64,000 nucleotides of DNA from NCBI GenBank assembly GCA_041666745.1, contig JBAYGI010000006.1:3474-67473 (forward strand), in the 5' to 3' direction. Each line of letters opens with the position of its first letter. The first letter of the stretch is position 1. The notes beneath the pieces were generated by a model. The model searched no databases and was not told the origin of the DNA. It saw nothing but the letters and a program-made list of their open reading frames with translations. The DNA is from Candidatus Magasanikiibacteriota bacterium (GTDB lineage: Bacteria > Patescibacteriota > Patescibacteriia > Magasanikbacterales > GWA2-37-8). Both the position numbers and the translations under genes were made by a program. Shown here piece by piece: positions 1-11,475 of this stretch.

Positions 1-715
1 TTGGATAAAAATATGCTGAAAAAAAGTAAAATAATCGTGATCCCCTCGCTGATTAACCAATAACCAAATAATAAAAGAAATTTTTGTTTTGTACTCAATA
101 ATTTTTTCTTTTGTTCAAGAGGTTGCTCGTTCATCTTTACTTCTTTTAAACCTCTGAGTGAATAGACAGAAAAAATAAGATAAAAAAACGCTGTGCTTAA
201 AAATACCAATGGATCATAATCATCTCCGGTGAATTTCTGAAAAATAATTACCAAAACCAAGGCGATAATTCCACCGACATAACCAAAACCCCACGCAAAC
301 CCACTGTATTCAAAAGATTCTTCTTTTGTTGCCAAATAAGGCAAAATCGAATCGGACAAAGACAGACTTAAAATAAAAACGGACTGAGTGGCAATAAACA
401 AATAATACACCCAACCCACAGTATAACCAACACTCAAAGCCACGGCCACCATACCAAAAAAAGAAAACAGGATTGACCACTTAAAAGCAGAAAATTTGCT
501 TTTGCTATCTGAATATTTTCCTATTACAACCGATAAAGCAACACCAATAACTGTAGCGATGGCGTTGGCCACACCCCATGCACCAAGTGAATACCCGTTT
601 TTGATTAAAATTGTGGAAAAAAATACCGGCAACAAAAAAGACGCATAGGTCAAAATATACCCAGAGTTCGCAAAGTCATAAAACGCCCATCGCCAAATTG
701 ACTTAGGAAAACTCA
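1..715 (-). CDS. MFS transporter, Atg22/UMF1-like (3' end cut by window edge)
   Basis: Reverse-strand reading frame from ATG at 715 to the window edge, not in the ORF track because it is open-ended. Translation MSFPKSIWRWAFYDFANSGY... has the AFYDFANSGY motif and multiple TM segments. Confidence 0.55.
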
Positions 716-751
716 TAAAAAATATTATTGTCAAAGGAAGTATAGCAAAAC

Positions 752-781
752 CATGTCATATTGACAAAAAGCCGATTTTAT
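752..781 (+). promoter_or_regulatory. sigma70-like promoter TTGACA-17-TATTAT upstream of the peptidase gene
   Basis: Consensus -35 and -10 hexamers with a 17-bp spacer seen directly. Confidence 0.4.
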
Positions 782-802
782 GCTATTATCCACAGTTAAT
801 TT

Positions 803-2623
803 GTGATTATTTTGATTATGCGTTTTATTGCTATTTTATCCTCAATTCTGCTTAGTTTGGCTATAGTTTCGCCTGTGGTGGCAAAAATCAGCCCACCGGA
901 GGCGCCGACTAGCTTTACATACCAAAAAGTGTCAAAAGGCACATTGCTTCAATGGAAAAACCCCAAGCCCTCAAATGGCTATTCTTGCTATATATACCGA
1001 TCAAACTCACCAAAACTCAAGGGCACAATGATTAAAAAATTGCCATGCAAAACCGGCAATATGCTTGATATTAGCGCAAAAAAGGCAAAGACTTATTATT
1101 ACTCAGTACAAGCACAGAGCGGTAAACTATTGTCTAAATTAGTGAAGGCAAATAAATTAACTCTGGAAAAGACGACTGTTGTAAAACAAGAAACAGTCGT
1201 AATTAATGCTCAAAAGGTGACGCCACCGATAGTTGAACCGGTCAAAATTGCTGTGACTCAACCTGTTGCGTCCGTAGTTTCACCCCAACCGTCATATGGC
1301 GGAGGTGGCGGAGGTGGCGGATCAAGTCCTCAACCAGCACCGGCCCAAGTCGCCCAACCAGTAGTCGTCGCGCCTGTTGTATTGGTGGTGCCTATTCAAA
1401 ATATTGAACCGACATCTACAATACCGACTACTACACCTGAAACAAACACCCCGCCGGTCGTAGTAATACCTCCAGTTATAATCACTGAAAAAACAATTTG
1501 CTCTTCTTCGTCTCAGAGCATAGTTTTGATTGTCGATCCTGATTTCAGCAATACAATACAAACAAAACTCACTCAATACGAAAATGATTTGTGCAAAGAA
1601 TATAACGTAATAGAAAAAACTGAAAAATTTAATAGCCCGCTGGCACTACGTTCATATTTGCAAGATCTTTATGGCAAAACACAACTTGTCGGAGCGGTTT
1701 TTATTGGTGATTACCCACATGCTTATCAGTGGATTACGTTGAATTCTGCCAACCCAAATATAGCTTCAATGTCTGAGGAAGCTTTGAGCCTCCAATATTA
1801 TGAAGATTTGGATGGTTCGTTTAAAAAATCTGAAAATTACAAATCTCTCGGAAACTATGAGTATTCTTTTGATATTCATGACGGTGAAGTTGATTGGGAA
1901 ATATGGGTCGGAGTTTTACCTTATTACAAAGGTGATGTTACAGCTACCGCCGAAGCCCTTAATCGTTTCTTTGACAAAGATCATGTTTACAAAACAAGTG
2001 GATCCGGCATCCCGCGAGCTTTCGCTCAGATCAATGAGCACATGACTTTCGATCCAACAGATGATTCTAGTTTTACTCAACTTCTTCAAACATATCGCAC
2101 AAATATTTATTCATGGACTCCATTTAGTGATTCATTTGCATCGCGTTTTTATGTAAATGGAAACGTGCCGGAAGATAATTCGATTGATACCGGCTATAAA
2201 GATCTAACAATTGGAGTTGCAGATTTTACCAGTATAGCTGCTCACGGATTTTATGGAGGCAGTGGCAAAACAGATATTAGTTGGGTAGAGAAAAATTCAA
2301 TACAAACAATTTTTTATTGGAATGACGCTTGTGCGATCGGAAATCTTGATGTTAAAGATAATTTTTTGACTTCAGTATTATATAAAACAAACAGTGAAGT
2401 TTTGGTTGCAAAAGGCGCGACAAATAATTCAGGAGGTATGGGAAGTAATACAAACGGATTTTACGCACACAACATTGCCACCTCGCTAACAGCTGGAAAA
2501 AGTATCGGGCAAGCCGTGCTTGACCATGTCAATGTACCGCTGGCATATCCTTATGACCAAGATAGAGAATTTTTATTCACCACTTTCATACTGCTTGGTG
2601 ATCCGACATTGAAATTGAGATAA
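803..2623 (+). CDS. secreted clan-CD cysteine peptidase-like protein (gingipain/C25-like), with a Pro-rich linker and a Gly8 tract
   Basis: N-terminal signal peptide (LLSLAIVSPVVA). Low-complexity GGGGGGGGSSPQP linker. C-terminal domain has the His (IAAHGFYGG) and Cys (WNDACAIGN) dyad in the order typical of caspase-like clan CD peptidases. Confidence 0.45.
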   Translation: MIILIMRFIAILSSILLSLAIVSPVVAKISPPEAPTSFTYQKVSKGTLLQWKNPKPSNGYSCYIYRSNSPKLKGTMIKKLPCKTGNMLDISAKKAKTYYYSVQAQSGKLLSKLVKANKLTLEKTTVVKQETVVINAQKVTPPIVEPVKIAVTQPVASVVSPQPSYGGGGGGGGSSPQPAPAQVAQPVVVAPVVLVVPIQNIEPTSTIPTTTPETNTPPVVVIPPVIITEKTICSSSSQSIVLIVDPDFSNTIQTKLTQYENDLCKEYNVIEKTEKFNSPLALRSYLQDLYGKTQLVGAVFIGDYPHAYQWITLNSANPNIASMSEEALSLQYYEDLDGSFKKSENYKSLGNYEYSFDIHDGEVDWEIWVGVLPYYKGDVTATAEALNRFFDKDHVYKTSGSGIPRAFAQINEHMTFDPTDDSSFTQLLQTYRTNIYSWTPFSDSFASRFYVNGNVPEDNSIDTGYKDLTIGVADFTSIAAHGFYGGSGKTDISWVEKNSIQTIFYWNDACAIGNLDVKDNFLTSVLYKTNSEVLVAKGATNNSGGMGSNTNGFYAHNIATSLTAGKSIGQAVLDHVNVPLAYPYDQDREFLFTTFILLGDPTLKLR

Positions 2624-2639
2624 AAAAATTCTCGACCAA

Positions 2640-3248
2640 CTAAACTTTCCTAGCAATAAAATTCAAATAATTTTTTGTACTCGGTTTGAAAATCTCAAAG
2701 TAAATAATTTCAAATTTGTTTTGCTTCAACAGTTCTTCGATTTCTTCTTTTTTGTAAAAACTAAACCAACGAGGTGTGGAAATTTTGGTATTTTCTCGAT
2801 ACTCTTCTGTTTCACCTTCAATCATACCTAACCCAAATATCCCGTTGGGTTTCAATACTCTATAAATTTCCTGTATCGGTTTTATAATTTCAGCTTTTTT
2901 GACATGTAACAAAGACGTGTATGCCCAAACACCGTCAAACATATTTTCTGAAAAAGGCAAATTATTAAAATCACCAAGTACAGATTCAAAACCTTTTTCT
3001 AAACAAAATTTAATCATCGACTCTGAAGCGTCTAGACAAGTTACCGAGAGTCCTTTTTCTCGAAGAATGACCGCGTCCCTTCCCGGACCACTTCCTATGT
3101 CTAAAATATTTTTACCAACTAATCCAATAAACTTATCAAGGAATGTACGCGGAAATTTATCCCAAAAATCTACGGTTTGGTCATCGTAATTTTTCGCTGA
3201 CAAATTGTAAGCATCTATAGTTTGCTGATCCATAAATATATTTAGCAT
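2640..3248 (-). CDS. class I SAM-dependent methyltransferase
   Basis: Motif I LDIGSGPGRD and overall fold-family pattern. Confidence 0.8.
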   Translation of the reverse strand: MLNIFMDQQTIDAYNLSAKNYDDQTVDFWDKFPRTFLDKFIGLVGKNILDIGSGPGRDAVILREKGLSVTCLDASESMIKFCLEKGFESVLGDFNNLPFSENMFDGVWAYTSLLHVKKAEIIKPIQEIYRVLKPNGIFGLGMIEGETEEYRENTKISTPRWFSFYKKEEIEELLKQNKFEIIYFEIFKPSTKNYLNFIARKV

Positions 3249-3314
3249 GTATTGTATAAATACACTATCACTAATCTTAAGTTTTCACAAACAAAACTAC
3301 CGCGTTGGATAATT

Positions 3315-3343
3315 GACAGAGACATTCCTTGTGATATACTATT
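3315..3343 (+). promoter_or_regulatory. sigma70-like promoter TTGACA-17-TATACT
   Basis: Hexamers seen directly upstream of the ORF at 3382. Confidence 0.4.
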
Positions 3344-3381
3344 ATTAGTGATCATAATAACTTGTTGATGAATTATTAAAA

Positions 3382-3636
3382 ATGTATATGTCTGAAGACA
3401 AAATTATAACAAAATTATTAGAACATGATGAAAAACTTTCTAACATGGTTACTGGTAGTGAATTTCAAAAATTTAAAAGCGAATTATTACAAGGACAAGA
3501 TACAATGATTGGGATTTTAAAAAGACTTGATGAAGAAAGAATATTTACACATAAATGGGTAAAAGAAATAGAATATAAGGTTGAAGAAAACACAAAAGAA
3601 CTTCAAAAATTAAAACTACAACTAAATATTGCCTAA
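3382..3636 (+). CDS. hypothetical small coiled-coil protein
   Basis: 84-aa ORF with host-like composition, followed by a terminator. Confidence 0.4.
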   Translation: MYMSEDKIITKLLEHDEKLSNMVTGSEFQKFKSELLQGQDTMIGILKRLDEERIFTHKWVKEIEYKVEENTKELQKLKLQLNIA

Positions 3637-3658
3637 CAAATAAACTTCTCTGAAATTT

Positions 3659-3700
3659 TAAAGAGGACAAAAAAACACTCTTTTTACAAGAGTGTTTTTT
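3659..3700 (+). terminator. rho-independent terminator hairpin
   Basis: aaaaacactcttt / aagagtgttttt stem-loop followed by a T-run. Confidence 0.5.
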
Positions 3701-3830
3701 GTATCAAAACTACTCTCGTCATGACTTTAAAACAATTAAAGTGATAACGAGATGGAGTAGCCTTGATTAGCACAACCCCAGAGCTCGCCGGCCGAGGCCG
3801 GAGGGGTTGGGGGTTGAGTGATAGGAGGGG

Positions 3831-4412
3831 TTACTCGAACAGGTCGAGGTCTGCCAGCTCGCGCACCTTGACCTGCGCGGGCTTCTCAGAGACCAGATAC
3901 GCGTCATAGTTGCGGACGCGATTCTTGTCCTTCGAGAACAGCGTGACGAGCCACCACGCCTCGTCGCCGACCTGGATCGAACCGTTTGGGTTTATGGCGA
4001 TCACCACGCCCTGCTTCTTGGCGTTGGTGAGCGAGAGCCTGGGGCCATCCTTGCAGATGATCCCAGAGATCTTCTCGGTTGGCACGACCGTCTCACCCTT
4101 CACGTTGGTGTAGGTGAGGTTGGTGGGCGGATCGAACGCCAGATCCGGTTCCGGCGTGAGAATCGGTTCTCCGTACTTCCCCGGAGAGGCCATGTAGTAC
4201 TGGCGCTCCCCGTTCGGTCCGAGATTCATGATCATATACTGGCCGGGTTTCTTTCCGACCTCGACCGTCCACTGACATGTAGGGTTGGTGGAGCAAAGAT
4301 CCCGCAAAAACTTCTTCAGCGCCGGCCGATTGTCTGAATCGACCAACGCGAATTGCTCATCAGGGCTAAGCTCGCGCCACGCCGCGATCATCGCGTCGAA
4401 TGTTGGCTTCAT
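3831..4412 (-). CDS. hypothetical protein on GC-rich island A
   Basis: GC about 58% against a ~35% background. Probable start at MKPTFDAM, preceded by an AAAGGA RBS. TTGACT-17-TATTTT promoter near 4550-4583 (minus orientation). GC hairpin ccggcctcggccgg after the stop. No recognisable family. Confidence 0.55.
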   Translation of the reverse strand: MKPTFDAMIAAWRELSPDEQFALVDSDNRPALKKFLRDLCSTNPTCQWTVEVGKKPGQYMIMNLGPNGERQYYMASPGKYGEPILTPEPDLAFDPPTNLTYTNVKGETVVPTEKISGIICKDGPRLSLTNAKKQGVVIAINPNGSIQVGDEAWWLVTLFSKDKNRVRNYDAYLVSEKPAQVKVRELADLDLFE

Positions 4413-4615
4413 GTACTTTTCCTTTTTCCACCCTTTTACGGGCAGTACTTCCAACCACATGGCCAGAAGGAAGAACGCGGGTACCCCGGTCTTCTTTTGA
4501 GCCTGCCAAACAGGACCAAAAGAAAACCGCGAGTATCACAAAAACAATAATATAAAATAACACAAATTAGACAATTAGTCAATATTTGGGGGGGGTGCCG
4601 CCTATTTAAAAGATT

Positions 4616-5575
4616 TTACTTGATTAAAAAATTAAATAAATACCCAGTGAATATAATTCCCAACCCGACAACAGAAGAAAAAATAATAATAAGTTTTGTT
4701 TTCATTATCTTTTTCAAAATCATAAACTCCGGCAAAGACAAAGCGGTTACCGCCATCATGAAAGATAGAACTGTGCCTATAGCCACACCTTTTTCTGTCA
4801 AAGCACTCACCAAAGGAATCACTCCGGCGGCGTTGGAATAAAGCGGTATGCCAATTAAAGTAGCCAGTGGCACCGCATACCATTTATCTGCCCCCGCATA
4901 TTGTGCCAAAAAGTCCGCTGGAACGAAACCGTGTATCCAAGCACCCAAACCCACCCCAATAATAATATACAACCAAACTTTTTTAATTATACTTTGGGTG
5001 TAATTTTTGGCGTATCGCATTCTTTGTTGCCAACTAATTTTAGATGTAGTGTCGCCCAGCTTTTTTGTGTTTTGAGATAAATCCACCAGCAAATGTTCGA
5101 CTGGCAAGCGACCGATCACCAATCCGGATATTACAGATATGACCAAACCACTGGTGACATACAACAACGCTATTTTCCAACCAAAAGCTCCGAGAAGTAA
5201 TACTAGCGCGACTTCGTTAATCATCGGAGAGGCAACCAAAAAAGAAAAGGTCACCCCCAAAGGCACGCCCGCTTCAATAAAACCCAAAAACAGGGGGACG
5301 GCACTACAAGAACAAAACGGAGTGATAATCCCAAGTAAGGCGGCCAAAATATTACCAACGAATTTATGCTTGCGAGACAAAATTTGTTTAACTTTTTCTC
5401 TAGGCAAAAATGAACGCAAAACAGAAACTGCAAAAATAATAACCGCCAACAAAATAAAAATTTTGATGACATCAAAAATGAAAAAATTTATCGCCTCGCC
5501 GGCCAATGATTGCGAAGACAGATGAAAGACCGAAAAGGTGAGCCAGTCGGCTAATATTTTGATGGGGTAAAACAT
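4616..5575 (-). CDS. UPF0718/YraQ-family permease (COG0701)
   Basis: Polytopic membrane protein with the PFCSCSAVP CxC motif. Confidence 0.7.
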   Translation of the reverse strand: MFYPIKILADWLTFSVFHLSSQSLAGEAINFFIFDVIKIFILLAVIIFAVSVLRSFLPREKVKQILSRKHKFVGNILAALLGIITPFCSCSAVPLFLGFIEAGVPLGVTFSFLVASPMINEVALVLLLGAFGWKIALLYVTSGLVISVISGLVIGRLPVEHLLVDLSQNTKKLGDTTSKISWQQRMRYAKNYTQSIIKKVWLYIIIGVGLGAWIHGFVPADFLAQYAGADKWYAVPLATLIGIPLYSNAAGVIPLVSALTEKGVAIGTVLSFMMAVTALSLPEFMILKKIMKTKLIIIFSSVVGLGIIFTGYLFNFLIK

Positions 5576-5677
5576 GACTGATATTTTATCACAACCTATG
5601 CAAGTTTACCATCAACCTATGCAAAAATATCTATATTTTAACAAAAACTTCCCTTTTACAAGAGAAGCTTCAGTTTG

Positions 5678-5750
5678 TCGGGGTGACAGGGCTTGAACCT
5701 GCGGCCTTCTGGTCCCAAACCAGACGCTCTACCAACTGAGCTACGCCCCG
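5678..5750 (-). tRNA. tRNA-Pro (TGG)
   Basis: Cloverleaf folded by eye. Anticodon loop tttggga, G37, 7-bp acceptor stem with one mismatch. Confidence 0.8.
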
Positions 5751-5771
5751 AATTAAATTGTTTCCAGCCTA

Positions 5772-5843
5772 GTGCCGGGAGTGAGGATCGGACTCACGAC
5801 GCAAGGCTCTTCAGGCCTTCGCTCTACCACTGAGCTACCCCGG
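5772..5843 (-). tRNA. tRNA-Phe (GAA)
   Basis: gccggggtagctcagtggtagagc... with anticodon loop ctGAAga and T-arm gttcgatcc. Confidence 0.85.
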
Positions 5844-5862
5844 CAATTTTCCTTGTAGCTTA

Positions 5863-5935
5863 GTGGACCGACAGGGATTCGAACCCTGGACCCCCGCGTT
5901 GCAAACGCGGTGCTCTACCAGCTGAGCTACCGGCC
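5863..5935 (-). tRNA. tRNA-Ala (TGC)
   Basis: G3:U70 wobble in the acceptor stem (Ala identity element). Anticodon loop ttTGCaa. T-arm ggttcgaatcc. Confidence 0.85.
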
Positions 5936-5943
5936 CAAAAAAC

Positions 5944-6000
5944 ATTTGGAACAGAAATAATATACCAATTATTCACAAAAAAGTCAATGAGTGGTATAAT
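5944..6000. promoter_or_regulatory. back-to-back divergent promoters
   Basis: TTCACA-17-TATAAT with an extended TG reads into mgtC. TTGACT-17-TATATT on the minus strand reads into the tRNA-Ala/Phe/Pro operon. Confidence 0.45.
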
Positions 6001-6024
6001 TCTCTCATAAATTAACTTTATTTT

Positions 6025-6447
6025 ATGTTTTATAAATATATTTCTCAACAAGAACTGATGTTTGTCATGCAGATACTTTTGGCTATAATCCTTGGGTCAA
6101 TTCTGGGTATTCAGCGTGAACGCTGGGGAAAATGGGCCGGACCACGCACCTATGCTTTGGTCTGCGCGGGATCAGCTCTGTTTACATTGCTGTCTGTGAA
6201 TTTTTTTCCATCTAGTCCGGCAATTATTGCCAGCGCGATAGTTAGTGGTATTGGTTTTTTGGGCGCAGGTACTATTTTACACAAAGAAAATCGAGTGGAG
6301 GGGCTCACGACCGCAGCGGGACTGTGGATGTCGGCGGCCATCGGCATGACGGTCGGTTTGGAAAGATATATTTTATCCATAATCACCACTCTGATTATAT
6401 TATTACTTCTGATGATCAATGACAAATCTATAAAAGGAGAAATATAA
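6025..6447 (+). CDS. mgtC: MgtC/SapB family membrane protein
   Basis: ILGSILGIQRE ... GLWMSAAIGM signature. The start may be the internal ATG at 6058. Confidence 0.7.
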   Translation: MFYKYISQQELMFVMQILLAIILGSILGIQRERWGKWAGPRTYALVCAGSALFTLLSVNFFPSSPAIIASAIVSGIGFLGAGTILHKENRVEGLTTAAGLWMSAAIGMTVGLERYILSIITTLIILLLLMINDKSIKGEI

Positions 6448-6460
6448 AATTACCAACAAA

Positions 6461-6491
6461 AAAATCCAGATTAATTCTGGATTTTTTATTT
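6461..6491. terminator. bidirectional terminator hairpin
   Basis: aaaaatccagattaattctggattttt. Confidence 0.5.
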
Positions 6492-6498
6492 TGTAAAA

Positions 6499-7005
6499 TT
6501 ATTGTTTTAAATAAAAATGTCCCAACCAAAATAACAAAAATACATACAACCAATCTATGTGTAAACGTTTCAAAAGATAAAAAATATATAATAATAAAAT
6601 AAACGGATAACCGATTATCACCAATGGATTTTTCCAAAAACGACGATTGGCCAACACCAGCAAAGAGTGATCGTCACCATCGGACGGAATCGCGTGCAAA
6701 CCGACAGCCACCCCGAAATACAACCAAACCCACGAATGCCAATCGGTGAGTACAAAATTAAATTTGGCAAAAGCAAACAAAGCAAACAATGAATTTATTA
6801 TCAAAGGCCCAACGCTGATCAAAAAACCTTGAAAAAAATTATTTGGTTCCTCGTGCTCAACGAATCCGGCGGTACGCCCAAATTGAAACAGCCTAATGCG
6901 ATACACTCTCACTCCGGCGGACAAACAAAACACCGCATGACCGAGTTCGTGCATCATCACTCCGGGTGCGGTTAGTAATTCATACAAATAATAAAGTAGT
7001 CGCAT
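6499..7005 (-). CDS. membrane HExxH (HELGH) putative zinc metallopeptidase
   Basis: HELGH motif embedded in a polytopic membrane protein. Confidence 0.4.
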   Translation of the reverse strand: MRLLYYLYELLTAPGVMMHELGHAVFCLSAGVRVYRIRLFQFGRTAGFVEHEEPNNFFQGFLISVGPLIINSLFALFAFAKFNFVLTDWHSWVWLYFGVAVGLHAIPSDGDDHSLLVLANRRFWKNPLVIIGYPFILLLYIFYLLKRLHIDWLYVFLLFWLGHFYLKQ

Positions 7006-7006
7006 A

Positions 7007-8224
7007 CTAAATACAAATTATTGCCAAAATAATCCACCATAACATTGCCAAATCATTTTTAAAATAAGGCACATCCACCAATCCGTGTGCAAAAAATATC
7101 AGCAGGCACATCAAAAGCGCCACACTCAAATATTTTTCTTGTCGATATTTTTTCAAAGATACTTTTATTGCCCATCCGTAAATTGCCATAAAAAATACCA
7201 TGCCAAACAGCCCAATTTCCGACCAAAAATTTAATACAATATTGTGAGGAAAAAGTTGTGATTCAATTTTTTTAAAATCATTAACTGGTCGTTGTATTTT
7301 TTTAAAAAATTGGCTTATGCCGGCGCCAAAAACAAAGTTAGTCGGATTTTTGTTGAGATAGTTCCAAGTGTAACCCCACAGAGTTATGCGGTTTTGACCT
7401 GACTTATTTTGAAACAACAAGCTTTGCTGAACCGGCGTTACCAACCACGCCACCAAAATCCCGAGCAACACCAACAGACCGACGATTTTCTTATAGTCCA
7501 ATAAAAACAGAGCCACCGCAACTGCAATTCCAACTGCAATCAACGCCCCCTCAGAAAAAGACAATACCAAAGCAATCAAAGCCAGCGCCAAAATAACAAA
7601 ATAATATTTTTTTAATTTTAAATTTTTTAATCCATAAATAACCAATGGAATAATTGGCCCCAAATACAAACCAATGGCATTTGGTGAAGTGAAAAACGAA
7701 GTTACTCGGCCTTGCAAGTCGGATTTTATCAAGGGAGATAAAATTTGTTGACCGGTAATTTGTTGCAGTATTGCCACCACCGAAATACTGATTGTAGACA
7801 ACGACAAAAACCAAATCAGATCATCTTTTTGTATTTCTTTACGACGACCGACCAACAATACAAAAAATAAAACGGGCTCCAAAAAATACGCCCGCCAAAT
7901 ACCGAGAGATTTTACAACCTCAGAAGAAATAAAAATTCCCAAAGTAGAAAAAGATAAAAACAAACACACCAGCCAAACTAAAATTTTATGCTCACCATAA
8001 AATTCTTTAATCTCATGTAAATCCTGCCTAAAATATTTTAAAATCCAAACCAAAAACAAAGCACCAAAGCTACATTCGAGCAATGTGCTTGGTAACAGGC
8101 CAATATTAAAACGAATAAAATAAAACGGCAAGAAAATTATCAACAATCCCGTTGCCGTTTTAAAATTCTTATGCGCTAACAGACAAAATAATATGACATA
8201 CAATACCACTACCAACAACATCAT
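7007..8224 (-). CDS. O-antigen ligase/Wzy-like polytopic membrane protein
   Basis: About 11 TM segments with a periplasmic loop motif typical of the O-antigen ligase domain. Confidence 0.55.
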   Translation of the reverse strand: MMLLVVVLYVILFCLLAHKNFKTATGLLIIFLPFYFIRFNIGLLPSTLLECSFGALFLVWILKYFRQDLHEIKEFYGEHKILVWLVCLFLSFSTLGIFISSEVVKSLGIWRAYFLEPVLFFVLLVGRRKEIQKDDLIWFLSLSTISISVVAILQQITGQQILSPLIKSDLQGRVTSFFTSPNAIGLYLGPIIPLVIYGLKNLKLKKYYFVILALALIALVLSFSEGALIAVGIAVAVALFLLDYKKIVGLLVLLGILVAWLVTPVQQSLLFQNKSGQNRITLWGYTWNYLNKNPTNFVFGAGISQFFKKIQRPVNDFKKIESQLFPHNIVLNFWSEIGLFGMVFFMAIYGWAIKVSLKKYRQEKYLSVALLMCLLIFFAHGLVDVPYFKNDLAMLWWIILAIICI

Positions 8225-8256
8225 AAATTTTAAATAAATTTAATTTGAATGAGGGT

Positions 8257-10651
<2,395 letters not shown>

Positions 10652-10709
10652 ATATTTTACATTAAAAATACAAAGCCATTTTAACAGATAAGTTGGCTTT
10701 TGTCTAACT

Positions 10710-11471
10710 TTAATACAGCTCCGGTCGACGATCTAAAAACAGATCATTATACTCGTTCCATTTTTTATTTTTGGTATTTTCAGGATCTATGGTGATGGTT
10801 TTTATCACTTCGTTTTTTCCGGCTTTATATAAAACATTTCCACGGTTGTCCACCGCCTCACTATCGCCAAAAAATTTATTTCCACGCTCAACGCCGGTAC
10901 GATTTACACAAAAAACAAATACACCGTTTTCTATCGCCCGCGCCCTCATCATAAAAAAACCATAATTAAATACGAAATTAGCCGGATTGATAAAAATTTG
11001 TGCTCCTTTCAAGGCCAAATTGCGCCAATATTCAGGAAACATATAATCATAACAAATACCCAAACCAATTTTTACCCCTTGCCACTCAAATAAAACCGGC
11101 GCGTTTTCTCCCGGCGCAAATTTTAATTTTTCCTCCAAAAAAAGATGCGTTTTTTGGTGTTTTGCAATCAAACCAGTTGGCCCAACCACTATTGCGGTAT
11201 TAAAAATTTTATCTCCGCACTTTTCCGGCATCCCAACTACCAATACACTGCTATATTTTTGAGCTATTATTTTTAATTCCCCTACCGTTTCGCCAATTAT
11301 CGGTTCAGCTAATTTTTCCAACTCATTCATATCCAACATATATCCGGTAGTCATCATTTCCGGAAAAATAATCATGTCGGACGTTGCCCCACTGACAACG
11401 TCCTCAATTTTATTCAGGTTATATTTTTTATCGCCCAATTTTGGAGCCAACTGTGCTATTGTAATTTTCAT
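10710..11471 (-). CDS. carbon-nitrogen hydrolase (nitrilase superfamily)
   Basis: Catalytic Cys context GLGICYD plus E-K-C triad spacing. Confidence 0.75.
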   Translation of the reverse strand: MKITIAQLAPKLGDKKYNLNKIEDVVSGATSDMIIFPEMMTTGYMLDMNELEKLAEPIIGETVGELKIIAQKYSSVLVVGMPEKCGDKIFNTAIVVGPTGLIAKHQKTHLFLEEKLKFAPGENAPVLFEWQGVKIGLGICYDYMFPEYWRNLALKGAQIFINPANFVFNYGFFMMRARAIENGVFVFCVNRTGVERGNKFFGDSEAVDNRGNVLYKAGKNEVIKTITIDPENTKNKKWNEYNDLFLDRRPELY

Positions 11472-11475
11472 GTTT

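Noticed and set aside
1322-2045. ORFs 1322-1576 (-) and 1800-2045 (+) inside the peptidase gene
   Set aside because: Embedded in or antisense to a longer coherent ORF with signal peptide and catalytic motifs.
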